The notes under the pieces are model-generated. The model was not told the origin of the DNA. It was given only the letters and a program-made list of their open reading frames with translations, and made no database searches. 42,181 nucleotides of DNA from Hormoscilla sp. (lineage in GTDB: Bacteria > Cyanobacteriota > Cyanobacteriia > Cyanobacteriales > Desertifilaceae). Made by a program: the position numbers and the translations under genes. The stretch is taken from NCBI GenBank assembly GCA_051439505.1, contig JBFRWI010000126.1, positions 1 through 42,181 on the forward strand. Reading direction: 5' to 3'. Shown in pieces: positions 1-10,112 of this stretch. The number at the start of each line of letters is the position of its first letter. Positions within the stretch are counted from its first letter, which is position 1.

Positions 1-40
1 AACGGATAAACGGAGGACTGAAGTCCTCACTTGCATTCAG

Positions 41-1339
41 TCATTTGCTTTCCGAAAGAATGCTCAACTGCACGACATCCCTGTCTTTTAAGGGTTTGCC
101 ACTGCGAACTACAAACCTTTCTCCTGGTTCTAAGCCAGATGCGATTAATGCTTGTCCGTCCGCCCGATCGCCTATAATTACCTGACGTGCCTCTGCTTGT
201 GCCTGCCGATCTTGGACCGTGACTACAAATAAGGTGGCGATATTGCCTTCAATATCTGACAATGCTGTGGCCGGAACGACTACTCCCTGACTGTTCCCAG
301 ATGTAAAGCTTACTCGTGCTAGCAGTCCGCTGCCCAGACGCCCGTTAATATTAGGAATGGTAACTTCTACCGGCACCTGTCGGGCCACCGGATCGGCAGC
401 AGGGGAGATGCGGGTGAGGAGACCGGGAAATTCGCGATCGGGAAATGCGTCCAGCTTGACTTGCACTGACTGTCCTATGCTAATTTTATCCAGTTGCAAT
501 TCAGAAATATTCACTGCTACCTTTACTTGAGAAAAGTCTCCCAGCTTGACTATTTCATCCCCTTCACGCACCAGGTTGCCCGGTTCGGTGGTTTTAGCTT
601 TGACAATACCGGTGATCGGAGAAATCAGTTTAGCATGAGACTGGCGTTCTTCTGCTTGGGCGATCGCAGCTTGTTGGGCGACAACGCGCTTGCGGGCCGC
701 TGCGACAGCTTCTTCCTGGATGCTGACTTGTGCTTGGGCAGAACGCAGGATCTGTTGAGCGGCGCGAGCAGCAGTTTGGGCCAACTCGGCATCTTGTTGG
801 GAAACTGCTCCTTCTTGGGAGAGGGTTTGCAGTCGCTGGGCATCAGCGTTTGCCTGTTCCAATTCTACTCGCGCTTGCTCTACTCGCGCTTCTGCTTCTA
901 ATACCTGATTTCGGGCCCTCGCTATTTCTACTGCCCGTGCGGATAGTTCCGCTTGGGCCTCCATCACCTCCGCCACCGGTAGCCTATTATCCAGCTGGGC
1001 CAGAACTTGACCGCGAGTTACCTTGTCCCCCACATCTACTCCCAGAAACAGCAACTGTCCTTCCGTTCGCGATCGCACGGATACTTCCTGTATGGGTTCC
1101 GTCGTACCGGTGTACTCTAACCCTGTCGATAGGGATCCCGTTCGGGCGATCGCCACATCAACAGGGATCTTTCTTTTGCTAGACTCTGCCGGAGGGGAGT
1201 TAGACCTTGCTTCTGCTTGCTGTTTGGGGATCGTGCCGCAACCCGCAGTCCCCATGAGAATTGCTACCAAGATTGCTTGGGGCCAAAGCTTGCCTAATAG
1301 AAAACTTTGTGCTATTTTAGATGGACCTAGTTGCCTCAT
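41..1339 (-). CDS. RND efflux periplasmic adaptor (membrane fusion protein), lipoprotein
   Basis: Lipobox-like GTAGC, lipoyl half-motifs (VDVGDKVTRGQVLAQLD; ISPITGIV..EPGNLV), long coiled-coil hairpin, C-terminal GLEPGERFVV. Confidence 0.92.
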   Translation of the reverse strand: MRQLGPSKIAQSFLLGKLWPQAILVAILMGTAGCGTIPKQQAEARSNSPPAESSKRKIPVDVAIARTGSLSTGLEYTGTTEPIQEVSVRSRTEGQLLFLGVDVGDKVTRGQVLAQLDNRLPVAEVMEAQAELSARAVEIARARNQVLEAEARVEQARVELEQANADAQRLQTLSQEGAVSQQDAELAQTAARAAQQILRSAQAQVSIQEEAVAAARKRVVAQQAAIAQAEERQSHAKLISPITGIVKAKTTEPGNLVREGDEIVKLGDFSQVKVAVNISELQLDKISIGQSVQVKLDAFPDREFPGLLTRISPAADPVARQVPVEVTIPNINGRLGSGLLARVSFTSGNSQGVVVPATALSDIEGNIATLFVVTVQDRQAQAEARQVIIGDRADGQALIASGLEPGERFVVRSGKPLKDRDVVQLSILSESK

Positions 1340-1426
1340 GGTATTTTGCCCCCTTGTCGCCTCAGAATTTATCCTGCATGACGGGCAACACTAGCTGTCC
1401 GTCCCTTCTTTCTCTATTCCCTGCCT

Positions 1427-2254
1427 TTAACCACAGATCCGTTCTATTCCAGTATAAACATTAAACCGCTGCTCGCGCAAGAATCCCACTAAAGTGATGT
1501 TGAATTCCCGGGCCAGAGACACTGCTAAACTACTAGGTGCGGACACTGCACAAACTATCGGCACCCCCGCGCGTAAACTTTTCTGTAATAGTTCAAAGCT
1601 AGCTCGTCCGCTGACCATGATTATATGATTACTTAAGGGCAACTGACCGCTGAGGAAAGCGGTACCTATTAATTTATCCAGGGCATTGTGACGCCCGACG
1701 TCCTCTTTTAAGGATAGCAACTCTCCCGCCCGATCGAATATTGCTGCCGCGTGCAAACCTCCCGTGCGATCGAATATCTTTTGGGCAGCCCGGAGTTTTT
1801 CCGGTAAACTGTAGATCACTTCTGCTGATACCTGTAGCCCAAGTGGAATTGCAGGACAACCCTGCACTCGCAAATGTTCTAAACTAGCTTTGCCACAAAC
1901 TCCACAAGCGCTAGTAGTATAGAAATGACGTTCTAAAGGTTGCAAGTCGGGCATTAATCCATTTTTGAGTTTCACGTTCACAATATTATAACGTTGTTCC
2001 CCGTCTACCTCTGGATCTACACAATAGCCTATCTGTTGGATATCTTCCCGCTTATTTACCACATTTTCACTGTAGAGGAAACCTGCTGCTAGTTCAAAGT
2101 CCGCACCGGGCGATCGCATGGTTACTGCTACAGTCCGCTGGGGAGATACCAGGCGAATTTCCAGAGGTTCTTCCGTGGCCAGGCGATCGTTTTTCACACG
2201 TTTTCGACCATTTTCCACCACCCATATTTGCGTTTTTGCTTGACTGCTGTTCAT
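1427..2254 (-). CDS. fdhD: Formate dehydrogenase accessory sulfurtransferase FdhD
   Basis: EEPLEI, TMRSPG, SACGVCG, TGGLHAAA, EDVGRHNALDKLIG, SGRASFEL, SAPSSLA motifs. Confidence 0.95.
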   Translation of the reverse strand: MNSSQAKTQIWVVENGRKRVKNDRLATEEPLEIRLVSPQRTVAVTMRSPGADFELAAGFLYSENVVNKREDIQQIGYCVDPEVDGEQRYNIVNVKLKNGLMPDLQPLERHFYTTSACGVCGKASLEHLRVQGCPAIPLGLQVSAEVIYSLPEKLRAAQKIFDRTGGLHAAAIFDRAGELLSLKEDVGRHNALDKLIGTAFLSGQLPLSNHIIMVSGRASFELLQKSLRAGVPIVCAVSAPSSLAVSLAREFNITLVGFLREQRFNVYTGIERICG

Positions 2255-2360
2255 GGTTAATTGTTCATTGTTAGATAATAGCTATAGCAATTTATTAAAG
2301 TTGCGATAGAGAAAAAACCTACCCTCTCGTCCCTCTCGTTCCCAGCTTCTACCTGGGAAC

Positions 2361-2482
2361 ACGTGAGTTCGACGGATGCTCAAACCCTGATTTCTCATCG
2401 GGTTCTCAATGGCTGAAACCCCCATTATTACGTAGATTGTACCTTAACTACGAACTACGAACTACGAACTACGAACTCACGT
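2361..2482. mobile_element. 122-bp MITE-like element, TIR ACGTGAGTTCG, 7-bp TSD TGGGAAC
   Basis: ACGTGAGTTCG 2361-2371 / CGAACTCACGT 2472-2482; TGGGAAC at 2354-2360 and 2483-2489; internal (ACTACGA)n tract. Confidence 0.85.
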
Positions 2483-2595
2483 TGGGAACGGTCTTTTGAG
2501 GCTCCCACCTCCTTAGAATCTGTGCTACCGTCAAGTAGATCATATATTTTTTAACATCCTATAATTATAATGCTTAAGCTAGCATTATAGGTAAT

Positions 2596-2616
2596 GGTGG
2601 GCGGTGCCCACCCTAC
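2596..2616 (-). repeat. GTAG-type REP-like palindrome (GTAGGGTGGGCACCGCCCACC family)
   Basis: Copies or variants at 6872-6892, ~11160-11178, ~14347-14368, ~30653-30671, all intergenic. Confidence 0.8.
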
Positions 2617-2671
2617 GGATATTATCCATTCGCAATTTTCAATTCGCCATTGTCAATTTTCAATTCACAAT

Positions 2672-4903
2672 TCACAATTGACAATTATCCAATTTTACCA
2701 GAGTATTGTAATCGGGAATAGCAACTTCAGGCGATCGCCTCTTGGGATCCAGCAGCACATTGCCCTCGGGCCAATGGACTTGCAAATTACCGGGTTTGAT
2801 CGGTGCGGTATAAACTCGTCCCTTGAATTCACCTAAATTATTCTTCAGCAGCACCCCATCTCCATCCTTTAACCCCAACTTGTCCGCATCTACTTTACTC
2901 ATCAACACTGCATCTCGGACGGCACCGTTCAAAGCATCCTTCTGGGCTTGGATCATGCTATTAAACTGCTTGCCTCGGCGGGTCGCTACCCGAAAATATC
3001 CTGCTGGTAAATCTTGCTTGGGTAGAGACAAGGGCGTGAAATGCGCTTTGCCATCCGGGGTTGGAAACTGCCAACCAAAGCATAAATGAGAACCGCCGTA
3101 CTGAAACTGATCTCCCGCCGACTCTAAATGCTGAATTCCGGCATACTGGGGACAAGTTAACGCAATCTCTTGACGAATTTCCGCTGTGTCATGAAAATTA
3201 ATCTTATCTGCTAGTTCGGGGCGCGATCGCCCGGCCAATTCCACAAACACTTCCCATTCCGGACGCGCTTCGCCAATGCGGGGTCCGGGAATTTCCGGAC
3301 TGAAAATTACTCGTCGTTCCGTGCTAGTTTCGGTTACTCCTCCCGGCACTTCATAGCGAGTCATGGCGGGTAATAACAGCACCGTGTCCGCAGGTTCCAC
3401 AAGCATTTGACTGGAACAGATAATATCCATATGTACCCGCAGGGGCACCTGGGCCAAAGCAGACTGCACGAGATCCGGTTCGGGCAAAACTTCCAAGAAA
3501 TTCCCCCCGACTGAGAATAGCAGATCCAGGTTACCCTCAGCAGCAGCATCAATCATTTCCGTTGCCGTCAAACCCTTAGTTGTCGGGACGGGAAAACCCC
3601 AAACTTCGCTCAACTGCGCCGCATTTTCCGCTGTTATCGGTTTCCCGCCAGGAAAAACTGTCGCATAGCATCCCATTTCCGCCCCACCTTGGACACCGGA
3701 ATGTCCCCGAATGGGCATTAAACCACATCCTTCCCGACCCACAAAACCTTTAGTCAAGGCCAGGTTAATAATTGCCCGCACGTTATCTTCACCGCATGCA
3801 TGCTGAGTAATGCCCATACTCCAGACAAATACAGCTTTCTGGGCCTCGTTGACCATCTGGGCGAAAGCATACATGTCTTCTCGGGAAGCGCCAGACATCT
3901 GTTCTAACTCCTCCCAGGACTGGCCTTCTAACTCTGCTTTTAATTCATCAAATTCGGTCGTGTGCCGTTCGATGAACGACGAGTCTACCCAGTTGTTCGC
4001 GATCGCGTGTTTGATAGTGCCATTCAGAAAAGCAATATCTCCCCCCACGTTCACCAGAAAGAAATCTTCGGCAAACTTAGTGCCAAACAGGGCACTTTCC
4101 ACAATAGAAGGCACCCAGTAACGTTCCATCCCCGGTTCCCGGTAAGCATTGATCACCACTATCCGCGTCCCCGCTTTCTTGGCCCAGTGAAGATATTTTA
4201 CCGTCACGGGCTGATTATTCGCCACATTGGAACCAATGAAGACCAATAAGTCCGTGCCGATCCAATCTTTGTAAGAACAGGTAGTCGCCGCTACCCCCAG
4301 GGCCGACTTCAGTCCCGCCGTACTGGGAGAATGGCAAATTCTCGCCGCATTGTCAATGTTGTTGCATCCCAAGGCCCGCACTGCTTTCTGGGCGCAGTAA
4401 TATGTTTCGTTAACCGTGCCTCGGCTGGTAAGATAGAAACTCAGGCGATCGGGCGTAGTAGCTTTGATGCGACTGGCAATTATTTCCATTGCCTCATCCC
4501 AGCTTATCCGACGAAAACCCTTCTCTCCTTTTGTACGGATCATGGGATAGGGTAAACGTCCCATCTCTCGCAGTTGAGCACTTTTCTGACCTTGTAACTG
4601 TTCGACATCCTCTAAAACTCGCGGATCGAAAGCTGGCATAGTATTCATGCGCAGCAGTCGCAAGCGGACATTACAGACATGAATACCATCTACAGTCCAG
4701 TCTTGCATCCCCGTTGTCCCCAAGGCGCAACCGTCACAGACACCTTGGTTGAGGATATCCCAAGCATAAGCGAAATTATCTCGGCTGAGCCAAGCTGCCC
4801 GAAAGACTTCCCAGTAATTGTTGGGGTATTGTTCCCCCAGTCCCAAGGGTTTCCAACTGGCCCAATGGGCGGGAGTCCAAGCTTTTTGGGGTTTCCGTAA
4901 CAT
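2672..4903 (-). CDS. FdhF/YdeP family molybdopterin oxidoreductase
   Basis: GVCDGCALG, NNIDNAARICHSPS, WSMGITQH, PIRGHSGVQG, C-terminal TRRGKQFNS molydop-binding domain; adjacent to fdhD. Confidence 0.92.
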   Translation of the reverse strand: MLRKPQKAWTPAHWASWKPLGLGEQYPNNYWEVFRAAWLSRDNFAYAWDILNQGVCDGCALGTTGMQDWTVDGIHVCNVRLRLLRMNTMPAFDPRVLEDVEQLQGQKSAQLREMGRLPYPMIRTKGEKGFRRISWDEAMEIIASRIKATTPDRLSFYLTSRGTVNETYYCAQKAVRALGCNNIDNAARICHSPSTAGLKSALGVAATTCSYKDWIGTDLLVFIGSNVANNQPVTVKYLHWAKKAGTRIVVINAYREPGMERYWVPSIVESALFGTKFAEDFFLVNVGGDIAFLNGTIKHAIANNWVDSSFIERHTTEFDELKAELEGQSWEELEQMSGASREDMYAFAQMVNEAQKAVFVWSMGITQHACGEDNVRAIINLALTKGFVGREGCGLMPIRGHSGVQGGAEMGCYATVFPGGKPITAENAAQLSEVWGFPVPTTKGLTATEMIDAAAEGNLDLLFSVGGNFLEVLPEPDLVQSALAQVPLRVHMDIICSSQMLVEPADTVLLLPAMTRYEVPGGVTETSTERRVIFSPEIPGPRIGEARPEWEVFVELAGRSRPELADKINFHDTAEIRQEIALTCPQYAGIQHLESAGDQFQYGGSHLCFGWQFPTPDGKAHFTPLSLPKQDLPAGYFRVATRRGKQFNSMIQAQKDALNGAVRDAVLMSKVDADKLGLKDGDGVLLKNNLGEFKGRVYTAPIKPGNLQVHWPEGNVLLDPKRRSPEVAIPDYNTLVKLDNCQL

Positions 4904-5085
4904 ATCTTTACAAATCAGTTAGTCTTGACCGATATATAGTATCATATAGGGGTTGACGTGGTTAGCAGCAAGTTCGGGATTGTCCTAGATTTGTGTCAAG
5001 CCTGAGATCCTGCTGACTGCAACAGTGTTAACTGATGACTGCAAGACTACCTTATTGATTGAAGAGTCACAATTGTAATCCGAAC

Positions 5086-5310
5086 ATGCTACAAACCAAA
5101 ATTGTTGACAACCTGAGCAAATTACCAGAATCTATACAAGAAGAAGTGCTGCATTATGTAGAGTTTCTCGTCGAAAGATACGCTCAAAAGATAAATGAAG
5201 AAGATGTTATCAAACCGAAGCGCAAAGCCGGGGCATTAAAAGGTACGTTTGTTTTGCCGCTTCCGGATTATTTTGATGAACCGCTAGAGGATTTCAAGGA
5301 GTACATGTAA
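5086..5310 (+). CDS. DUF2281-type putative antitoxin
   Basis: LSKLPESIQEEVLHYVEFL ... RKAGALKG..LPDYFDEPLEDFKEYM pattern; ATG 5086 preferred; stop overlaps the start of a PIN remnant. Confidence 0.8.
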   Translation: MLQTKIVDNLSKLPESIQEEVLHYVEFLVERYAQKINEEDVIKPKRKAGALKGTFVLPLPDYFDEPLEDFKEYM

Positions 5311-5410
5311 TGAATTCGCTGCTTCTAGATACTCATCATTTATTTGGTTTTTGGAGAATGATTCACATCTACCAGTTGCTACAAGGCAATATATTGAATC
5401 CGCTGATATC
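5310..5410 (+). pseudogene. PIN/VapC toxin remnant (frameshifted and truncated)
   Basis: ATG 5310 gives MNSLLLDTH; after a 1-nt shift near 5337 it reads FIWFLENDSHLPVATRQYIESAD, a typical VapC N-terminus; similarity then ends. Confidence 0.75.
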
Positions 5411-5524
5411 AAATTCAAAGGTTGTGGGAATAGCAGACAGACGATCGGACCGGGGGACGCTACCATCGGGGATTGCCACTAAACCTTAATTTATTCTTAA
5501 ACTTGTTGGTTGCTGACCAATTTG

Positions 5525-5567
5525 GTAACCAAGACTACAGTTGTCTCCGGACCGATCGTCATAGGAT
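5525..5567 (+). promoter_or_regulatory. NtcA box with -10 element upstream of urtA
   Basis: GTA-accaagac-TAC at 5525-5538; TAGGAT (TAN3T) at 5562-5567, 23 nt downstream; urt operons are known NtcA targets. Confidence 0.75.
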
Positions 5568-5602
5568 CGCCATCTAGTCTCGAACAGGGGTAGAGTAGCG
5601 CA

Positions 5603-6868
5603 ATGACAAGTAGAGTTGGTCGGCGTAAATTTATATTATCTAGTTCGGCGGCCCTGGGAACGAGCCTTCTCCTGAAAGCTTGTGGTGGCGATCCACCTAG
5701 CAACTCAGATACTATCAAGGTGGGAATTCTCCATTCCCTCAGCGGCACGATGGCTATTAGCGAACAGAGTGTGGTGGATGCCGAAAAGCTAGCAATTGAG
5801 GAGATTAATGCCACTGGTGGGGTATTGGGTAAGGAAATTCAGCCAATTGTGGAAGATGGTGCTTCTGACTGGCCGACCTTTGCAGAGAAGGCCAGAAAGT
5901 TGATCGATCGGGATCAAGTTGTAGCGGTCTTCGGTTGCTGGACATCGGCCAGTCGCAAGGCAGTGCTGCCAGTGTTTGAAGAGAAAAAACACATGCTCTG
6001 GTATCCCGTACAATACGAAGGGCAGGAATGTTCTAATAACATCTTTTATACGGGGGCAGCGCCAAATCAGCAAATCGAACCTTCGGTTGATTGGTTGTTG
6101 GCAAATAAGGGGATAAGGTTCTTTTTGGTGGGGTCGGATTATGTTTTCCCCCGCACTGCTAATACGATCATTAAAGCACAGTTAAAGGCCAAGGGCGGTA
6201 CGATGGTAGGGGAAGATTACCTCCCCCTGGGGAACACGGAAGTGACAGCGATCATTACTAAAATCAGACAGGCCCTTCCTAATGGCGGCGTGATCTACAA
6301 TACTCTGAATGGTGACAGCAATGTGGCATTCTTCAAGCAGATGCAAGGGGCGGGTTTAGGACCCGATAAGTATCCGGTGATGTCCGTGAGTATTGCGGAA
6401 GAGGAAGTGAAGGCGATCGGGGTAACATACTTGAAAGGTCACTACGCGGCCTGGAATTATTTCCAAACTGTGAATACCCCTGCGAATCGGAAGTTTGTGA
6501 ATGCGTTTAAGGCCAAGTACGGTCAAAACCGGGTGACGAATGACCCCATGGAAGCGGCTTACATTGGGGTTTATATGTGGAAGCAGGCGGTAGAAAAGGC
6601 GAGGACTGCTGAGAATCTAGAAGCGGTCCGCAAAGCAGCTTACGGTCTGACTTTTGATGCCCCGGAAGGGAAGGTGACGATGAAACCAAATCATCACCTG
6701 GCTAAATGGGTGCGCATTGGTCAGGTCAAGGATGATGGCATGTTTCAGATTGTTAATTCCACGGATAAGGCGATCGATCCCGTTCCCTGGAATCAATTTG
6801 TAGCGGAAACGAAGGGCTTTGCTTGTGACTGGTCCGACGAAAGTAAGGGCGGCAAATATAAGGTGTAA
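5603..6868 (+). CDS. urtA: Urea ABC transporter substrate-binding lipoprotein
   Basis: Tat/lipoprotein signal (GRRKFIL..LKAC), [38 protein letters not shown]. Confidence 0.96.
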   Translation: MTSRVGRRKFILSSSAALGTSLLLKACGGDPPSNSDTIKVGILHSLSGTMAISEQSVVDAEKLAIEEINATGGVLGKEIQPIVEDGASDWPTFAEKARKLIDRDQVVAVFGCWTSASRKAVLPVFEEKKHMLWYPVQYEGQECSNNIFYTGAAPNQQIEPSVDWLLANKGIRFFLVGSDYVFPRTANTIIKAQLKAKGGTMVGEDYLPLGNTEVTAIITKIRQALPNGGVIYNTLNGDSNVAFFKQMQGAGLGPDKYPVMSVSIAEEEVKAIGVTYLKGHYAAWNYFQTVNTPANRKFVNAFKAKYGQNRVTNDPMEAAYIGVYMWKQAVEKARTAENLEAVRKAAYGLTFDAPEGKVTMKPNHHLAKWVRIGQVKDDGMFQIVNSTDKAIDPVPWNQFVAETKGFACDWSDESKGGKYKV

Positions 6869-6896
6869 ACTGTAGGGTGGGCACCGCCCACCTTAT

Positions 6897-6963
6897 TGTA
6901 AATTGTAAATTGAGAATTGAGAATTGAGAATTGAGAATTGAGAATGGAAAATGGAGAATTGAG
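6897..6963. repeat. STRR heptamer tract (AATTGAG)n
   Basis: Tandem AATTGAG/AATTGTA/AATGGA variants. Confidence 0.9.
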
Positions 6964-6996
6964 AAGAGGATATAGATTAAACAGGTTATTCTCCAT

Positions 6997-7114
6997 TTAG
7001 CAATTAACAATTAGCAATTAGCAATTAGCAATTAGCAATTAGCAATTAACAATTAGCAATTAGCAATTAACAATTAGCAATTAGCAATTAGCAATTAGCA
7101 ATTAGCAATTAGCA
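6997..7114. repeat. STRR heptamer tract (CAATTAG/CAATTAA)n, about 16 units
   Basis: Direct reading of the tandem array, ending just before the urtB RBS. Confidence 0.95.
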
Positions 7115-7126
7115 AAGAGGATAAAG

Positions 7127-8296
7127 GTGGAATTACTGTTAGAAGGAATATTTAATGGGATTAGTATTGGGGCGGTGTTGCTGATCGCGGCCCTGGGTTT
7201 GGCGATCGCCTTCGGGCTGATGGGGGTGATTAATTTAGCCCACGGGGAGTTGATGATGCTGGGGGCCTATACAACTTTTGTCGTGCAAAATGGCTTCAAG
7301 TTGCTGGGCGGTCCTCTGTTTGAAATTTACATTTTTGCGGCAATACCGGCGGCTTTCCTAGTGGCAGCAGCGGTAGGTTTACTGTTAGAAAGATCTGCGA
7401 TCAAATATCTTTACGGACGTCCTTTGGAGACTCTGTTGGCAACTTGGGGGGTGAGTCTGATTTTGCAGCAGTTTGTCCGCAGCGTCAGTTGGCAGATGGT
7501 AATTGGCATGCTGCTGTTTTGCTTGCTATTTTGGGGCGGGTTATGGATAATATCTCGCCAACGAGAAGATTTCCCTCGCATTCGCAATTGGGTTATATTG
7601 ATAATGTTACCATTGTCGGCGGGAATAGCCGGGGCGACGGCGGCTTTGCTAGGACAGGTTTTCAAGTTGGCAGTCACGCAACCTTGGTTTGGGGCCCAAA
7701 ATGTGGACGTGACGGCACCGGAATGGTTGCGGGGGGGCTTGGCATTGCCCCTCGGAAATAATTTTCAACTGTCTTACGTGAGGCTGTTTATCATTGGGCT
7801 AACTGTCCTTTGTATTGTCGGCATTTATCTGTTCTTGCAGCGATCGCCCTGGGGTTTGCGGATCCGGGCGGTGACCCAAAACCGCAGCATGAGTGCCTGC
7901 TTGGGCATTCCTACGAATAAGGTTGACGCCCTGAGTTTTGCCTTGGGTTCGGGGTTGGCAGGGGTGGCCGGTTGCGCTATTAGTTTGCTGGGTTCTGTGG
8001 GACCAAATACGGGACAAAATTATATCGTGGATGCTTTTATGGTGGTGGTTGTAGGGGGCGTGGGAAAGTTGGTGGGCAGCATTGTGGCCGCGATCGCGAT
8101 CGGGACGACTAGCTATTTGATCGGTTCTGGTACAATTGCTTTAATGGTCACGGATATAAAACCTCTGAGTGATTTCTTTACGTTCTTTGCGACAACTAGT
8201 ATGGCCAGGGTGATGGTCTTCGCCCTGATAATTGCTTTTCTGCAAGTTCGCCCCGCTGGCATGTTTCCTCAAAAAGGTCGCACTGTTGATGCTTAA
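7127..8296 (+). CDS. urtB: Urea ABC transporter permease
   Basis: GVINLAHGELMMLGAY, YGRPLETLLATWGVSLILQQ, RAVTQNRSMSACLG; GTG start after GAGG. Confidence 0.95.
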   Translation: MELLLEGIFNGISIGAVLLIAALGLAIAFGLMGVINLAHGELMMLGAYTTFVVQNGFKLLGGPLFEIYIFAAIPAAFLVAAAVGLLLERSAIKYLYGRPLETLLATWGVSLILQQFVRSVSWQMVIGMLLFCLLFWGGLWIISRQREDFPRIRNWVILIMLPLSAGIAGATAALLGQVFKLAVTQPWFGAQNVDVTAPEWLRGGLALPLGNNFQLSYVRLFIIGLTVLCIVGIYLFLQRSPWGLRIRAVTQNRSMSACLGIPTNKVDALSFALGSGLAGVAGCAISLLGSVGPNTGQNYIVDAFMVVVVGGVGKLVGSIVAAIAIGTTSYLIGSGTIALMVTDIKPLSDFFTFFATTSMARVMVFALIIAFLQVRPAGMFPQKGRTVDA

Positions 8297-8349
8297 AGAA
8301 TTAAAAATTAAAAATTAAAAATTGCCAAACCAATTGGAAAGAAGGATAT

Positions 8350-8559
8350 CAATATTTCTCGGTTAAGTATTTTATTTGTCATTGCGAGGGGGGGGACATA
8401 GCGATTAACTTATGGGAAATTGAGTTAACCCCCCCCCCGAAGCAATCTCATGGGTCGTCGGGGAGATTGCTTCGGGGGATCCAAACGACGATCCCTAAAA
8501 TGTCGGTTTGGGTTTACCCCTCGCAATGACAGATTATTATTTGAATGGGCGACAGCTTA
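8350..8559. mobile_element. Hybrid mini-element with TGTCATTGCGAG...CTCGCAATGACA core
   Basis: Left end CAATATTTCTCGGTTAA resembles 35189; core inverted relative to that copy; right end GACAGCTTA belongs to another family; no TSD seen. Confidence 0.65.
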
Positions 8560-8597
8560 GAACCTATAGGTACTGCGCGACTTGGGAGTGCTAAATA

Positions 8598-9785
8598 ATG
8601 CTAGATTTAGTTTTAGGACGCGGGATTAGAAAAAAAGGCCAAGGCCGCAAGCTATTGCTGATGGAGGCGGCAGTGGTGGGGGCGATCGCCTTGCTGCTAA
8701 TCTTAATCATGCCACTGATGCTGTCGGAGTTTCGCCTGAATTTGCTGGGGCGTTTTCTGGCATTGGCGATCGCGGCCCTGGGCATCGACCTAATTTGGGG
8801 CTATACTGGCATGCTAAGTCTGGGTCATGGGGTCTTCTTTGCCCTGGGGGGATACGCGATCGCGATGCACATCAAGCTGCAAATACCGGCGGATGGGGGC
8901 ACCCAACTGCCAGAATTCATGAGTCTGTACGGAGTCACGGAATTACCCTGGTTTTGGCAAGCATTTGACTCCTTTTTATTTGCGATCGCTGCTGTGGTCA
9001 TTATACCAGCTATTCTGGGAACAATACTGGGCTATCTGGTATTCCGCAACCGCATCCGGGGAGTTTATTTTTCCATTCTCACCCAAGCGACAACGATCGT
9101 ATTTTTCAACTTCTTCAACGGTCAGCAAAAGTTAATTAACGGCACTAATGGCTTAACTTCTTTCAAAACAATTTTGGGTACCAGAGTTAATGACTCCAAA
9201 ACTCAGTTAGCATTCTATGCTATTACAGTGCTATTGCTGGCCATAACCTATGCCCTCTGTCGCTGGCTGACTAGCGGACGCTTTGGACGCTTACTGGTGG
9301 CAATTCGGGATGATGAAAGTCGCGTGCGTTTTACCGGTTACAACCCCACGGGCTATAAGGTTCTGGTATTTGCGATCTCTGCGGGGTTGGCGGGACTGGC
9401 GGGGGCGATGTTTACCCTGCAAACTGGAATTATTTCTCCCAAAGCGATGGATATTGCTTTCTCCATTGAAATGGTAATCTGGGTAGCAGTGGGGGGTCGC
9501 GCTAGCTTGGTGGGTGCGGTTATGGGTACCCTGATCGTTAACTATGGGAAAAGCTTGTTGTCCGAACAGTTTCCCCAAGTCTGGCTGTTTTTTCAGGGGG
9601 CTTTATTTCTGCTGGTCGTGACCGTACTTCCCAATGGTGTCGTTGGTTGGTTGCGCTTTCAGGGCCTGGAAAAAGTGCGATCGCACCTTTTTGGGAAGCA
9701 AGTTGTCACCTATCCCAGTTTAGCGTCAGACCCTGAAGTGCAGCGGGAACGGGAATTATTGGAAAATAAGACAATAGATGATTGA
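8598..9785 (+). CDS. urtC: Urea ABC transporter permease
   Basis: DLIWGYTGMLSLGHG, QLPEFM, RIRGVYFSILTQA, AIRDDESRVRFTGY, SIEMVIWVAVGGR. Confidence 0.95.
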   Translation: MLDLVLGRGIRKKGQGRKLLLMEAAVVGAIALLLILIMPLMLSEFRLNLLGRFLALAIAALGIDLIWGYTGMLSLGHGVFFALGGYAIAMHIKLQIPADGGTQLPEFMSLYGVTELPWFWQAFDSFLFAIAAVVIIPAILGTILGYLVFRNRIRGVYFSILTQATTIVFFNFFNGQQKLINGTNGLTSFKTILGTRVNDSKTQLAFYAITVLLLAITYALCRWLTSGRFGRLLVAIRDDESRVRFTGYNPTGYKVLVFAISAGLAGLAGAMFTLQTGIISPKAMDIAFSIEMVIWVAVGGRASLVGAVMGTLIVNYGKSLLSEQFPQVWLFFQGALFLLVVTVLPNGVVGWLRFQGLEKVRSHLFGKQVVTYPSLASDPEVQRERELLENKTIDD

Positions 9786-9907
9786 GAATGTCTAAGTGGA
9801 TAAGCTGTGATGCATTTAAATTGCATAGTCTAAAATTGCCGCTATAGCTGAAACCGTCCCCTGTTGTGAGTTGCCTCGATTTTACCTCCGGCCCCAACAT
9901 GCAGTAA

Positions 9908-10112
9908 CCTACCTTCCGCACGACATGTAGTACGTGATGATTACAAACATTGTGATTTTGCGAAGCAAAAACTTCATATCCGTATAAAAAATCTACGTCT
10001 AGTTTGCTCACTTGTCAGATATAGTACGTATTCCCAAAAGTAGGACAATTGTCAGATAACAGAGAAATTACGTATTCCAGAGCATGTGATAACTTGTCGT
10101 GCGGAAAGTGGG
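9908..10112. mobile_element. 205-bp MITE-like element, 18-bp imperfect TIR, 6-bp TSD CAGTAA
   Basis: CCTACCTTCCGCACGACA 9908-9925 / TGTCGTGCGGAAAGTGGG 10095-10112 (16/18); CAGTAA at 9902-9907 and 10113-10118. Confidence 0.85.

Noticed and set aside
6753..7010. Short ORFs with FSILNSQ repeats (also 2594-2836)
   Set aside because: Translations of STRR and REP DNA
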